The notes beneath the pieces were generated by a model, which was given only the letters and a program-made list of their open reading frames with translations, did no database searches and was not told the DNA's origin. DNA of 64,000 nt from the NCBI RefSeq assembly GCF_902713615.1, contig NC_052175.1, forward strand, positions 7,643,941 to 7,707,940, given 5' to 3'. The DNA is from Scyliorhinus canicula. Its lineage: Eukaryota. Numbering within the stretch: the first letter of the stretch is position 1; every line of letters starts with the position of its first letter. The translations under genes and the position numbers were made by a program. Shown one piece after another: positions 1 to 12,389 of this stretch.

Positions 1-193
1 CGGTTTCCTCCCACAGTCCAAAGATGTGCGGGTTAGGTGGATTGGCCATGCTAAATTGCCCGTAGTGTAAGGTTAATGGGGGGATTGTTGGGTTACAGGT
101 ATACGGGTTACGTGGGTTTAAGTAGGGTGATCATTGCTCGGCACAACATTGAGGGCCGAAGGGCCTGTTCTGTGCTGTACTGTTCTATGTTCT
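1..193 (+). mobile_element. HE1/V-SINE-type SINE, 3' part (tail type A)
   Basis: V-domain core ...GGTTTCCTCCCACAGTCCAAAGATGTG... and (TTCTATG)n tail. Confidence 0.9.
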
Positions 194-534
194 TTGTTAA
201 CTTATTCAATCGTATCGATCGGGAGAAATTCTTTAATCACGTGGAGTAATTCCAGATCTAGAAGATGAAATTCCAAGCCTGGTAATTCACAGGTGGTGCC
301 AAAAGCCCGTCTTCATACAAATAGAAGGCAAATTGAAAATATCTTCCCAGAATACTGTTGATTCTAGGACCCCTTTCATTTCGAAGGATGTGTCGGAAAT
401 GATTTGGAAACCCGATGGATGGGACAACTTCAGAATCTTAAAAAAGTCGCAATTATCGGAAGCACAGCCATTTCACGTATGTGATATTGAAGGGGCGACC
501 ACTGCATATCACATCATCTCAGTGAAATCCAAAC

Positions 535-1016
535 TCCAAAGATGTGCAAGTTAGGTGGATTGGCCATGATAAATTGCCCTTAGTGTCCAAAATTGCCCTT
601 AGTGTTGGGTGGGGTTACTGGGTTATGGAGATAGGGTGGAGGTGTTAACCTTGGGTAGTGTGCTCTTTCCAGGAGCTGGTGCAGACTCGATGGGCAGCAT
701 TGTGGATAGCACAATCGCTTCACAGCTCCAGGGTCCCAGGTTCGATTCCGGCTTGGGTCACTGTCTGTGCGGAGTCTGCACATCCTCCCCGTGTGTACGT
801 GGGTTTCCTCCGGGCGCTCCGGTTTCCTCCCACAGTCCAAAGATGTGCTGCTTAGGTGGATTGGCCGTGATAAATTGCCCTTAGTGTCCAAAATTGCCCT
901 TAGTGTTGTGTGGGGTTACTGGGTTATGGGGATAGGGTGGAGGTAGGGTGCTCTTTCCAGGAGCCGGTGCAGACTCGATGGGCCGAATGGCCTCCTTCTG
1001 CTCTGTAAATTCTATA
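535..1016 (+). mobile_element. Head-to-tail dimer of HE1/V-SINE-type SINEs (tail type B)
   Basis: A 3' half copy (535-691) is fused to a complete copy (692-1016) carrying the B box GGTTCGATTCC. Confidence 0.9.
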
Positions 1017-1140
1017 AATATCCTTTTCCTGTTCCTTCCACTTTTAAAAGTGTCCTTGATTGATAAGATACACAATTAACTTAAACTGTGACAGAAAAGA
1101 ATGAAAACATATTTCTACAGGATTGCAATCTTATTGCAAT

Positions 1141-1468
1141 CGGTAGCATTGTGGATAGCACAATCGCTTCACAGCTCCAGGGTCCCAGGTTCGATTCCGG
1201 CTTGGGTCACTGTCTGTGCGGAGTCTGCACATCCTCCCCGTGTGTGCGTGGGTTTCCTCCGGGTGCTCCGGTTTCCTCCCACAGTCCAAAGATGTGCAGG
1301 TTAGGTGGATTGGCCGTGATAAATTGCCCTTAGTGTCCAAAATTGCCCTTAGTGTTGTGTGGGGTTACTGGGTTATGGGGATAGGGTGGAGGTAGGGTGC
1401 TCTTTCCAGGAGCCGTTGCAGACTCGATGGGCAGAATGGCCTCCTTCTGCACTGTGAATTCTATCTAT
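1141..1468 (+). mobile_element. HE1/V-SINE-type SINE (tail type B)
   Basis: Near-identical to 692-1016. Confidence 0.9.
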
Positions 1469-2008
1469 GTAAAATATTTCCGAGTGTCAAAGTGTTCTTA
1501 TAGTGGGGCCAGTTCTGTTACGCGTAGAGAGACTTGAAGAAGTGTTGAGCTCGCATTCTGCGTTGCCCATTAGTTATGGAATGTGAGCATTCAGATCGGA
1601 ACACAATTTGAGATGGCAGAGTCTTGGAACGTTCGGGCCTCGAGGCCGTTCTACAGTGGGGGGCAAAGCATACGAACTTGTCTGCAAGACGTACTATCCC
1701 TGAAGTATAACATCATCTCTCAATTTCGGTTACCATCTGAGAATAATGTGCATTATACGCCAATCGACCTTTATGATTCTGTGATAGAAAAATAAAGTAA
1801 TCCGTTATCATGGGCCATACACTCATCATGGGGACAGAAGGAGAATACTCAACCCTGATACCCTGATCCTGCGTCGTAACTTCACTTTATTTGCCGAATG
1901 TGTTGTTCTTTTAGCTGAACAACAACAACAACAATCAATGTTTTCGATCATGACAAGTACGGATCTGTATATTCCTTATAACGGCATAGTAGAATCATAG
2001 AAAATTCA

Positions 2009-2155
2009 TGGGGTGTGGCGCAGTGGTTAGCACTGCGGCCTACGGCGCTGAGGACCCAGGTTTGATCATGGCCCGGGTCACTGCCCGTGTGGACTTTGCA
2101 CATTCTCTCCCTCTGTCTGCATGGGTCTCATCCTCACAACCCAATGTGAAGGGTA
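2009..2155 (+). mobile_element. tRNA-derived SINE 5' fragment
   Basis: tRNA-like head GTGGCGCAGTGGTTAGCACTG followed by a partial core. Confidence 0.7.
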
Positions 2156-2548
2156 CATAGAACATAGAACATAGAAAATACAGCACGGAACAGGCCATTC
2201 GGCCGGCGATGTTGTTCCTAACTTTTGTACTAGATTAAGAACAAATTAATATACACCTCCATAATTCTACCGTAATCCATGTACCTATCCAATAGCCGCT
2301 TGAAGGTCCCTAATGTTTCCGACGCAACTACTTCCACAAGCAGTGCATTCCATGCCTCCAATACTCTCTGTGTAAATAACCTACCTCAAACATCCCTCCT
2401 ATATCTTCCACCATTCACCGTAAATTTATGTCCCCTTGTAATGGTTTGTTCCACCCGGGGGAAATCTCTCTGACTGTCTATTCTATCTATTCCCCTGATC
2501 ATCTAAGAAACCTCCATCAAGTCGCCCCTCAACCTTTTCCGTTTTAAT

Positions 2549-3423
2549 TCTGTCAGAGAATACAACAAAATATAGATAGATTGGAGAGTTGGGCAGAGAA
2601 ATGGCAGATGGAGTTCAATCCAGGCAAATGCGAGGTGATGCATTTTGGAAGATCAAATTCAAGAGCGGACTATGTGGTCAATGGAAGGGTCATGGGGAAA
2701 ATTGATGTGCTGAGAGATCTGGGAGTTCAGGTCCATTGTACCCTGAAGGTGGCAACGCAGGTTGATAGAGTGGTCAAGAAGGCATACAGAATGCTTGCCT
2801 TCATCGGACGGGGTATTGAGTACAAGAGTTGGCAGGTCATGTTACAGTTGTATAGGACTTTGGTTCGGCCACATTTGGAATACTGCGTGCATTTCTGGTC
2901 GCCACATTAACAGAAGGATGTGGATGCCTTGGAGAGGGTGCAGAGGAGGTTCACCAGGATGTTGCCTGGTATGGAGGGTGCTAGCTATGAAGAGAGGTTG
3001 AGTACATTAGGATTGTTTTCGTTGGAAAGACGGAGGTTGAGGGTGGACCTGATTGAGGTCTACAAAATTATGAGGTATGGACAGGGTGGACAGCAACAAG
3101 CTTTTCCCAAGAGTAGGGGTGTCAGTTACAAGGGCTCATGATTTCAAGGTGAGGGGGGAACGTTTAAGGGAGATGTGCGTGGAAAGTTGTTTACGCAGAG
3201 GGTGGTGGGTGCCTGGAACGCTTTACCAGCGGTCGTAGAGGCGGGCACGATAGCATCATTTAAGAAGCATCTAGACAGGTTTATGAATAGGCGGGAACAG
3301 AGGGAAGTAACCTTGGAAAATAGGAGACAGGTTTAGATAAAGGATCTGGATCGGAGCAGGCTGCAAGGGCCGAAGTGCCTGTTCCTGTGCTGTAATTTTC
3401 TTTCTTCTTTGTTCTTTGTTCTA
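2549..3423 (+). mobile_element. 5'-truncated CR1 LINE nested in an older CR1
   Basis: ORFs WQMEFNPGKC...RDLGV...HLEYCV; (TTCTTTG)n tail ending near 3423. Confidence 0.9.
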
Positions 3424-5054
3424 ATGAGAAAAGGCCCAGCACCCTCAACCTTTCCTCGTAAAACCTATTCTGCATTCCAGGCAACATCCTGGTAAATCTC
3501 CTTTGCACCTTTTCCAAAGTTTCCACATCCTTCCTAAAATGAGGGGAACAGAACTGCACACAGTACTCCAAATGTGGCCTTACCAAGGTATTGTACAGCT
3601 GCATCATCACTTCACGGCTCCTAAATTCAATACCTCTGCGGATAAATGCTCGCACACCGTAGGCCTTCTTCATAGCTCTATCCACTTGAGTGGCAGCTTT
3701 CAAAGATATATGAACATAGACCCCAAAATCTCTCTGCTTCTCCATATTTCCAAGAACCCTACCGTTAACCCTGTGCCGCATTCATATTTGTCCTTCTAAA
3801 ATTTACAACGTCACACTTTTCAGGATTAAACTGCATCTTTCACTTCTCAGCCCAGCTCTGCAGCCTATCTATGTATCTTTTCAGCCGGCAACAGTCCACC
3901 TCACTATCCACATCTCCACCCATCTTCGTATCGTCTGAACATTTACTGACCCACTATTCAACTCCCTCATCTAAGTCATTAATAAAAATCATAAACAGGA
4001 GAAGACCCAGAAATGATCCCTGCGGTACGCCACTGGTAAAGGGGCTCCAGGCTGAATATTTGCCATCCCCTACCACGCTCTGACTTCTCTCGGTTAGCCA
4101 CTTCGTTATCCAACTGGCCAAGTGTCCCACTATCCCATTCCGTCTTACTTTCGGCATAAGCCTACCATGGGGAACTGCCTTACTGAGATCCATGTACACT
4201 ATATCCACTGCTTTACCTCCATCAACGTGCATGATCACCTCTTCAAATAACTCAATAAGACTTGTGAGGTAAGACCCCTCACAAATCCGTGCTGACTATC
4301 CGGAATCAAGCAGTGTATTCACAGATGCTCAGAATCCTTATCCCTCAGTACCCGTTCCATTGCATTGCCTACCACCGAAGTAATACCACCTGGCCTGTAA
4401 TAAACAGGGTTATCCCTATTCCTTTTTTTGAACAGGGACACGAGATTCGCCACTCTCCAATGCCCTGGTTGACAGTGAGGACGAAAAGATCATTGCCAAC
4501 GGTTGTGCAATGTCATCTCTTGATTCCCATAGACTCCTTGGATATCTCCTGTCAGGGTCGGGGGACTTGTCTATCCTCAAAGTTTTCAAAATGCCTACCA
4601 CATCTTCCTTCAGAACAATTTTCTCCTCGAGCTTACCAATCTGTTTCACACTGTCCTCTCCAACAATATGGCCCCTGTCATTCGTAAATACTAAAGAAAA
4701 GTTTTCGTTCACGATCTCTCCTATTGCTTCAGACTCAATTTACAATCTCCCGCTACTGTCCTTGATCGGACCTACCCTCGCTCTAGTCATTCTCATATTT
4801 CTCACATTTGTTTAAAAGACCTTGGGGTTTTCCTTAATCTTCGCCGCCAAATATTTTTCATGCCTTCTCTTAGCTCTCCTAAAACCTTTTCTTCAGTTCC
4901 CTCCTGGCTGTCTTGTATCTCTCTGACGCCCTGTCTGAACCTTGTTTCCTCAGCCTTACATAAGTCTCCTTCTTCCTCTTAACAAGACATTCAACCTCTC
5001 TTGTCAACTATAGTTCCCTCACTCGACCATCTCTTCCCTGCCTGACAGGGACAG

Positions 5055-5400
5055 ACATAGAACATAGAACAGTACAGCACAGAACAGGCCCTTCGGCCCT
5101 CAATGTTGTGCCGAGCCATGATCACCCTACTCAAACCCACGTACCCACCCTATACCCGTAACCCAACAATCCCCCCTTAACCTTACTTTTATTAGGACAC
5201 TACGGGCAATTTAGCATGGCCAATCCACCTAACCTGCACATCTTTGGACTGTGGGAGGAAACCGGAGCACCCGGAGGAAACCCACGCACACACGGGGAGG
5301 ATGTGCAGACTCCACACAGACAGTGACCCAGCAGGGAATCGAACCTGGGACCCTGGAGCTGTGAAGCATTTATGCTAACCACCTAGCTACCCTGCTGCCC
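5055..5400 (-). mobile_element. HE1/V-SINE-type SINE (tail type A)
   Basis: Reverse complement of the copy at 27945-28290. Confidence 0.92.
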
Positions 5401-5401
5401 C

Positions 5402-5445
5402 TAACAAGGTCATAACAAGGTCATAACAAGGACATAACAAGGTCA
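5402..5445. repeat. 11-bp tandem repeat (TAACAAGGTCA) x4
   Basis: Read directly from the sequence. Confidence 0.9.
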
Positions 5446-6214
5446 CGTAGTATCTTTTCCTTGAACAAGTTCCAAATTTAAATTGTGTCCGTCTCTGATA
5501 GCCTATGTTCGCAACTTATGCACTTCAGTTCTTGTCTGACAGCATCGCATTTACCCATCCCCCAATTGTAACGCTTGCCCTGTTGCACGCACCTATCCCT
5601 CTCCAAAGTGAAAGTCACAGAATTGTGGTCGCTATCTCCAAAATGCTCCTCCACTAACAAATCTATCACTTGCTCTGGTTCATTACCAAGTACCAAATCC
5701 AATATGGCCTCCTCTCTTGTCGTACAATCTACAGACTGTTAGAAAGCTTTCTGGACACACTACAAACACCACCCCATCCAAGCTATTTGATCTAAAGAGT
5801 TTCCGCTCTATTTGGGAAGTTGAAGTCACCCATGACTACTACCTGTGACTTCTGCACCTTTCTAAAATATGTTCCGATTCTGTTCTTCCATATTTCTGCT
5901 GCTGGTGCCCTCCCCCCCCCAAAAAAAACTCCGAACAAGGTGACTGTTCCTTGCTTTTTTTCTGACTTCAACCCACATTACCTCAGCAGGCAGATCCTCC
6001 ACGAACTGCCTTGCTGCAGCTGTTATACTATCTCTAATTACCAATGCCACCGCCCCCCACCTCTTTTAGGTGAATTTGCCACGCTAAATTGCAACTTAAT
6101 TGGAAATAAAATAGCTGGGCACTCTAAGGTTTTTTTTTAAATATAAAATTTACCGTTGAGAGAATGTAGTCATCCCATAAAACCACACGATCAAAGCATA
6201 TAGGAACAATGTTA

Positions 6215-8930
6215 GGTGATCTGGCTCATCGAGTCTATTCCACCATTTAATCATGTCTGTGATGTTTCTCTTCACCCATTCTCTTGCCTTGTCCCCATAA
6301 CCGCTGCACCCCTTAATAATCAAGAAGCTACCGATTTATGTCTTAAAAACACTGTCACTCGGCCTCCACAGCATTTTGCGTCAAAGAGTTCCACAGATTC
6401 ACAATCCTCTGGCTGAAGAAATTCCTCCGAATTTCTGTTTTAAAGGATCGTCTCTTCAGTCTGATGCTGTGCCCTCGAGGTCCTCCTTCTCTGACTAGTG
6501 GACACATCCTCTCAAGGTCCACTCTATGTAGGACTCTCAGGACCATGTAAGTTTCATTAAGATCAACCCTCATCCTTCGAAACTGCACCAAGTGCAGACA
6601 CAGAGTCCGCAACTGCCCCTCATACGACAATTCCTTCATTCTGGAGATCAGTCTTGTGAACCTCCCTTGGACCCGTACTAAGGCCAAAACATCCTACCTT
6701 AGATACTGGACCCAGAAATACTCAGAATATTTCAAATGGGGTCGTTTAAGCATCAGCGCACATCCATGCACTTGTTCTCTCGCTCTCTCGAGATTATATT
6801 TGCCCAACTACCAGCTGAACCGAGACGTTATCCTGAAGAGACTCCTGAACTTGGATACCTGAGGCCTTTTCAGATTACCGAAGCCTATTCCCATTTGGTA
6901 AACAGTCAACGCCTCTTTCTGACAACCAAAGTGGAAAGCCTCACACTTTTACACATTATATTTCATCTGCCAATTGTTTGCCTACTCTCCTAACCTGTCC
7001 AAGCTCTCCTGCAAACCCCCTGATTTCTCATCACAACCTGACACTCTATATTTCTTTGAACCATCTCCAAACATCGCAACAGTGCCCTCAATTGATTCTT
7101 CAGTATGGTTAATGTATATTGTCAAAAGCTGTGGTTCCAGCTCAGACCCCTGATGCACATCACTAGTCACCGGCTGCCATCCTGAAAAGGACCCCTTTAT
7201 GCCTACTCTCTGCCTTTTGTCAGTCAGCCAATTCTCAGTCCAGATCAGTACCTCGCCTCTAACACCATAGAATCATGTCTATTTTAACAGCCTCCTTGAC
7301 AGCATCTTGAGAAAGGCCTTCATTAAATCCAAATAGATCACGTCCACTGGTTTTCCTTTGTCTACCTTCCTTGTTGCAGTCTGAAACAATTCTAACAGAA
7401 TTGTCAGACATGCCCCCGCCTTGACGAAGTCGTGCTGACTCAGTCTTATTTTATCATGCACTTCTCAGTCCTCCGCAATCTCATCTTTAATAATGGACTG
7501 TAAAATTTTACCAAAAATCGAAGACAGGCTAACTGGCCTATAATTTCCTGTCTTTTGCTTCTCTTCCTTCTTAAACTGGGATGTTACATTTGCCATTTTC
7601 ATATCCTTTCGGATCTTCCTTGCCCCTAGTGATGCCTTAAAAAGGTCACCACCAATACCTTCACATTCTCCTCAGCTATCTCCTTCAGAACAACATCCGC
7701 TTACGTGATTTATCCACATTCAGACCTTTCAGTTTCCCCAGCACGTTCAGCTTAATGATGACAACTATACTCATCTCTGCCCGTGACTCCATTGACGTTC
7801 TGTGGTGCCATTGGTGTCTTCCATGTGAAGACTGATGCAAAGTACTTATTCAGTTCCATCGCCATTTCTTCGTTCCCTATTACCACTTCTCTAGCCTCAT
7901 TTTTCAATGGTCCAATGTGCATTCTTGCCTCTCTGTTATCTTTTATATATTGAAAACAACTCTTCCTATCTTATTTTATACTACCAGCTACTTTACATCC
8001 ATTTTTCATCTTTTGCCGCCTTATTGTTTTTTTAGTTGCCCTTTGCTTTCTTTTAAAGTTTCCCCAATCCTCAGGCTTTTTACTCATCCTCGCCACCTTT
8101 TATGTTTTTTCATTTGCTTTTCTGATGTCCTTGACCTCCCTTGTCGATCATGATTGCCTCGACCTCCCTTTAGCACGTTTCCCCCTTCTTGGGTTGAAAT
8201 TCAATTGTGCCTCCCGAATAACCCCCCAAAACTCCTGCCATTACTGTTCCACTGTCGCCCTGCTCGGCTTCTTTTCCAATCAATTCTGACCAGCTTCCCG
8301 CTCTTGTGTTTGTAGTTACCGATATTTAATTGTAAATCTGTGACATCTGATTCCAGCTTCTCCCTCTCAAACTGCAGGGTGAATTCTAGCATATTGTGAT
8401 CACTTCTCCCGTAGGATACCTTTACATTAAATTCACTAAACAAGTCTGCACACCACTAAATCCAGAATTGCCTGTTGCCTTGTCGGCTCTTCCACAAGCT
8501 TTTCCAAAACAGCATCTCGTAGATATTCCACAAATTAATTTTCTTGAATCTGCAACAACCTGGTTCTCCCATTCTACCTGCATTTTGAATGCCCTCATGA
8601 TTACTGTAATAGTGCCTCACTGATATGCCTTTAATATCTCCTGATTTATTGTCTGCACCGCCTCGTGACTACAAGTAAGGGGCTTGTACATATCTCCCAT
8701 CAGGGCATTAATTCCGTTGTGGTTCCCCAACGATACTGACACATACTCTACGCCTTCTGAACCAATATTGTTGATTTCTATCAATTTAAGTAAATTTCTG
8801 ACGAACGAGAAAACCCCGCCCCCTTTGCCCATCTGCTTGCTATCTCGGTAGGACACATATCCTTGTATATTTACAAGGATGCAGCCACGTCTCTGTGATA
8901 CCCACAACATTGTTCCCACCATTTTCAATG
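6215..8930 (-). mobile_element. Old, decayed CR1 LINE ORF2
   Basis: Fragments VQGRFTR, RSDHN and GGGV of CR1 EN/RT with many stops. Confidence 0.8.
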
Positions 8931-9344
8931 TGCGTAAGAAGCTTATTTACCTTGTTTTGCATGTTGTTGCGACACATTCATCCCTACATTGACCGCCTCC
9001 TCATATTTGACCCCTTTCTTGCTGTTGCGGAAGGTAGATTGCTGCCGCTTTCTGTTCTATGACATGTTCTGGAAACTTTACTCACCCCTCCTGAGCCATC
9101 GGCCCCTTTCACTAGTTTCGGTTCGTCATCGTTAACCTGCACTCTCTCCTTTTCCTCTAGCCTTTATTTTCTAATCTTCCACACAACTTTACCCTCTTCC
9201 TGCACTACGTGTCTAAACCGGCTAAAACGAGTGGAACGATACCAGCCGCTCATTATAACCGCACATTTCAGCACGTAGTCTGCGGAATTGCAGTTTACCG
9301 CAAGCACCTTAGTTGCAGATCCAAATAAATTTTAACTGGTGAGC

Positions 9345-9562
9345 ATTTCAGCCTCAGAGTACCCAATTCCTTTGTTTCCAATTGAGGGGAAAATTAGTGT
9401 GGCCAATCCACCGACCAGACGAAACTTCGGATTGGGGGGGTGAGATCCACAGACACTGGCAGAATGTGAAAACTGCACCCGGACAGGGACCCGGGACCGG
9501 GATCGAAACCCTGAACTCGCGGCCGTGTGGCAGCAGTGCTAACCACTGTGGCAACGTGCCGC
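9345..9562 (-). mobile_element. V-SINE-type SINE, diverged
   Basis: Core TGGCCAATCCACC and a B-box-like site on the minus strand. Confidence 0.7.
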
Positions 9563-10159
9563 CAAATTTAGTCACTCCTTAATTTTCTCTGCTCTGGGGA
9601 AAATATCAGTAGCCTATTTAATCCTACCTCATAGCTATTCAAACCCTTTAGCATTCTCGTTAAAGCATATCTTTCCCAAGCCATTGCCGTCCTTCGTGCA
9701 ATGTGGAGAGCAGAACGATAAGCAAAATGGACGATCACGCGTTTTATCGAGTTCCATAATTACATCGCTGTTTTTTGTGTTCCTCAACCATTTAAATAAA
9801 ATGTTCCATTGGCTTTCTACACCACCGGGTGCATCTGCCTTGGCAGCTTAAAGGACCTGTGGACATGAACTCGCTCGATGTTTTGTTTATTTCTCAACCG
9901 CTCTTAAAAGTTGCTGGTTCATTAAATATCCATTTGCATCGTTGCCGCTCCCCCTCCCGCCAACACCATCGACAAATGCATTTTCGGACACGTTTCTGGA
10001 TTGAATTCCATTTGCTCTTTCTATGCCCACTCAACGAAACCATTCATATCATTCTGGAGTCGATAGTTACCTTTTTTGCAATCAACCTCAAGGCTATTTC
10101 AGCCCATCATCTGCAAATTTCCCTTTCATGACTCCTACTTCTAATTCTAAATCATTAAC

Positions 10160-10440
10160 TCAGCGCCTGGGATCTGCATTTAATTCCGGCTTTGGGTGAC
10201 TGTTTTGTTTCCACATTTGTCCCATGTGTCCATGATTTTCCTCCTGGTGCTCCGGTTTCCTCCCACAGTTCTAAGATGTGTCGGTTAGTTGGATTGTCCA
10301 TGCTATATTTCTCCTTAGTGTCCAAGGGGTTCAGGTTAGGTGTTTGCCTTATTAGATTAGGGAGGAAAGTGGGCCTCTTTCTGAGCGTCGGTACATACTC
10401 TACCGGCCGAATGGCTCCCTTCTATACTGTAGGTGTTCCA
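10160..10440 (+). mobile_element. V-SINE-type SINE, diverged
   Basis: Core GGTGCTCCGGTTTCCTCCCACAG. Confidence 0.7.
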
Positions 10441-12389
10441 TGATACCATAATTCGATGATATAGCAAGCAGCACGGACGCCAATACCAAGCCATCTGTAA
10501 ATACACAGTAAACCGTTGACATTTGCAAAAGTGCCATTGACGATTACCCTCTGTTACTTGGAATGAACCAATTTTGGATCGAAAATGCCACTTTCCCCTT
10601 TGTCCCAAGAATTCTCACTTTTCTGCCATACTGCCATGTACGATATTGTCCAATGCCTCACTGAAATCCGTGGGGAAAATATCCACGACCCTCATCATTC
10701 TCCCTTATTGATCTCTCGAAAATGTCACTAAGACACGACAGTTCCCTAAAAAAACAATTCTGACTATCCCTGCTCAATCTGTGCCTTTTTCAGTGACATT
10801 TTATTATTTCTCTCAGCATTATTTCCATTACTTTTGTCTCCACTGACCGCCCTATTTTTTTCTAGCCTACAACGCCCCCCCCCCCCGCCCCTGCCAATAC
10901 TCATTTTAAATAATGGTTCAACGTTGTATTAACTGAACTATAAAATATGAGTACAAAAGTTATGCGGAAGTTAAGCAGGAACAAAAATTATATAACGCGT
11001 TACTTCAGCCACAACTTGAGTATTGTGACCAGTTCTAGGAAGGGTAAATTGTATCGGAACTGGGACGAAGGAGATTTACGGGGATTTTTCCAGGGCTGAA
11101 AGGTTGCAGCTGGTGTCGTTCTCCTTCGACTGGAGGACACTGAGTGCAGTAAATGTCAAAGGAGTATTTACTTCGCCGTAAAGTAATTTGTACAGGGACT
11201 AGGGGAAGCTGAGTATTTATGCAAGGAAAAAGATTTGCGGAGGTGATAACTCACAACTTGAAAGTACTGTCGAGGCGGAAGCATACAACCCATTTGTGAA
11301 GGTTTCTGGATAAGCACCTCACTTGTTGGAACCCATTGTAACAGGACTAATGACAAAATGCTACAAAATATGTGCAGTCTGGCTGGCTCGATTTTCGGCG
11401 GCTATCAAAGAGAGGCTGGATTAACCTCCTTCTGTGCCATGAGTTTTCAACCATTCTAAGAATTACCGGCAGGGAGCCATAGAGCCGTCGTCCATTCAGA
11501 TAAATCATTGACATTTAATCCCTTATACTCGTCTCTGTTCTCTGCCCGTAACCTTTGCTCCCTGTGGAGTGTACGCGCCGGAAGCGCCTCCAGGCCTCCA
11601 AAAACATAATGGGTTCAGATAGTTTGATTATTTGACTAATGTCACACCTAAATTATCGATAAATTGCCAAGATTAATCTTTCCAAAACGTTTTGTTTAAT
11701 AATCATTTCCTGCTTCCTGTAAATCGAAAACCAAATGACTGTCCAATCGAGAATGAGCAATCATTTATAGACCAGAATTCAAGAATGCTACATATCCATT
11801 GTTTCATATATGTCAGTTTAAGTGCAGCTCACAGCCACAGATTCGGTGCCCGGGAACGGTTTATCAACATCAAGCTAATGAGATGAAAAAAAATCCTGCA
11901 TGTTCGCGGCATGAAGTTCTGTGTGTGTGTGTGTGTGTGGTGGGGGACATGGGGGGGGGGGGGGGGCAGTCCACGGGTTATTGGTGAAGTCCCGAACAAG
12001 GGGGTAGAAAGTTTAAATGGAGAGCAGGCAGTTCACGTTGATGTCAGTCAGCTGTATGAACACAAAACGACGCAGAAACAGGGAACGCTTGGCCCCAGCT
12101 ACCCCAACCCACCCCCACCCCCGCAATTAAGCATTAGGACAAGAGACTGATGTGTTCCTGTTGAGTAAGTAGATTAAAGAAAAAAGAAGCAAGGCAATGG
12201 AGGCAGTTAATGCCTATGTGAATGGTGGAAGAGGCCTGTGACCAAAACAGCCTCATCCTGTTCCTGCCAAATTCCGTGTGCCCAATTGATATACACTTTG
12301 TTGTATTAGAAAATACCGCTTTGCATCTTGTAAATATATTCCAGTGTTTGCATGCAGATGGTCTGTGAAGCAACCTGCAAATCATGAGG

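Larger units (their letters stand above)
2156..6080 (-). mobile_element. CR1 LINE (decayed ORF2) interrupted by a + strand CR1 (2549-3423) and a SINE (5055-5400)
   Basis: Minus-strand ORF fragments of RT ([19 protein letters not shown]) and EN (DLVLGNEP, SDHN); 3' (TTCTATG)n tail at 2156. Confidence 0.88.

Noticed and set aside
692-765. tRNA genes at SINE heads
   Set aside because: A and B boxes are present but run straight into the SINE body without a complete cloverleaf.
580-1340. Recurrent 60-120 aa ORFs (SQLQGPRFDS..., MDTKGNLS...) found many times in the window
   Set aside because: They are incidental frames of the SINE core, not a gene family.
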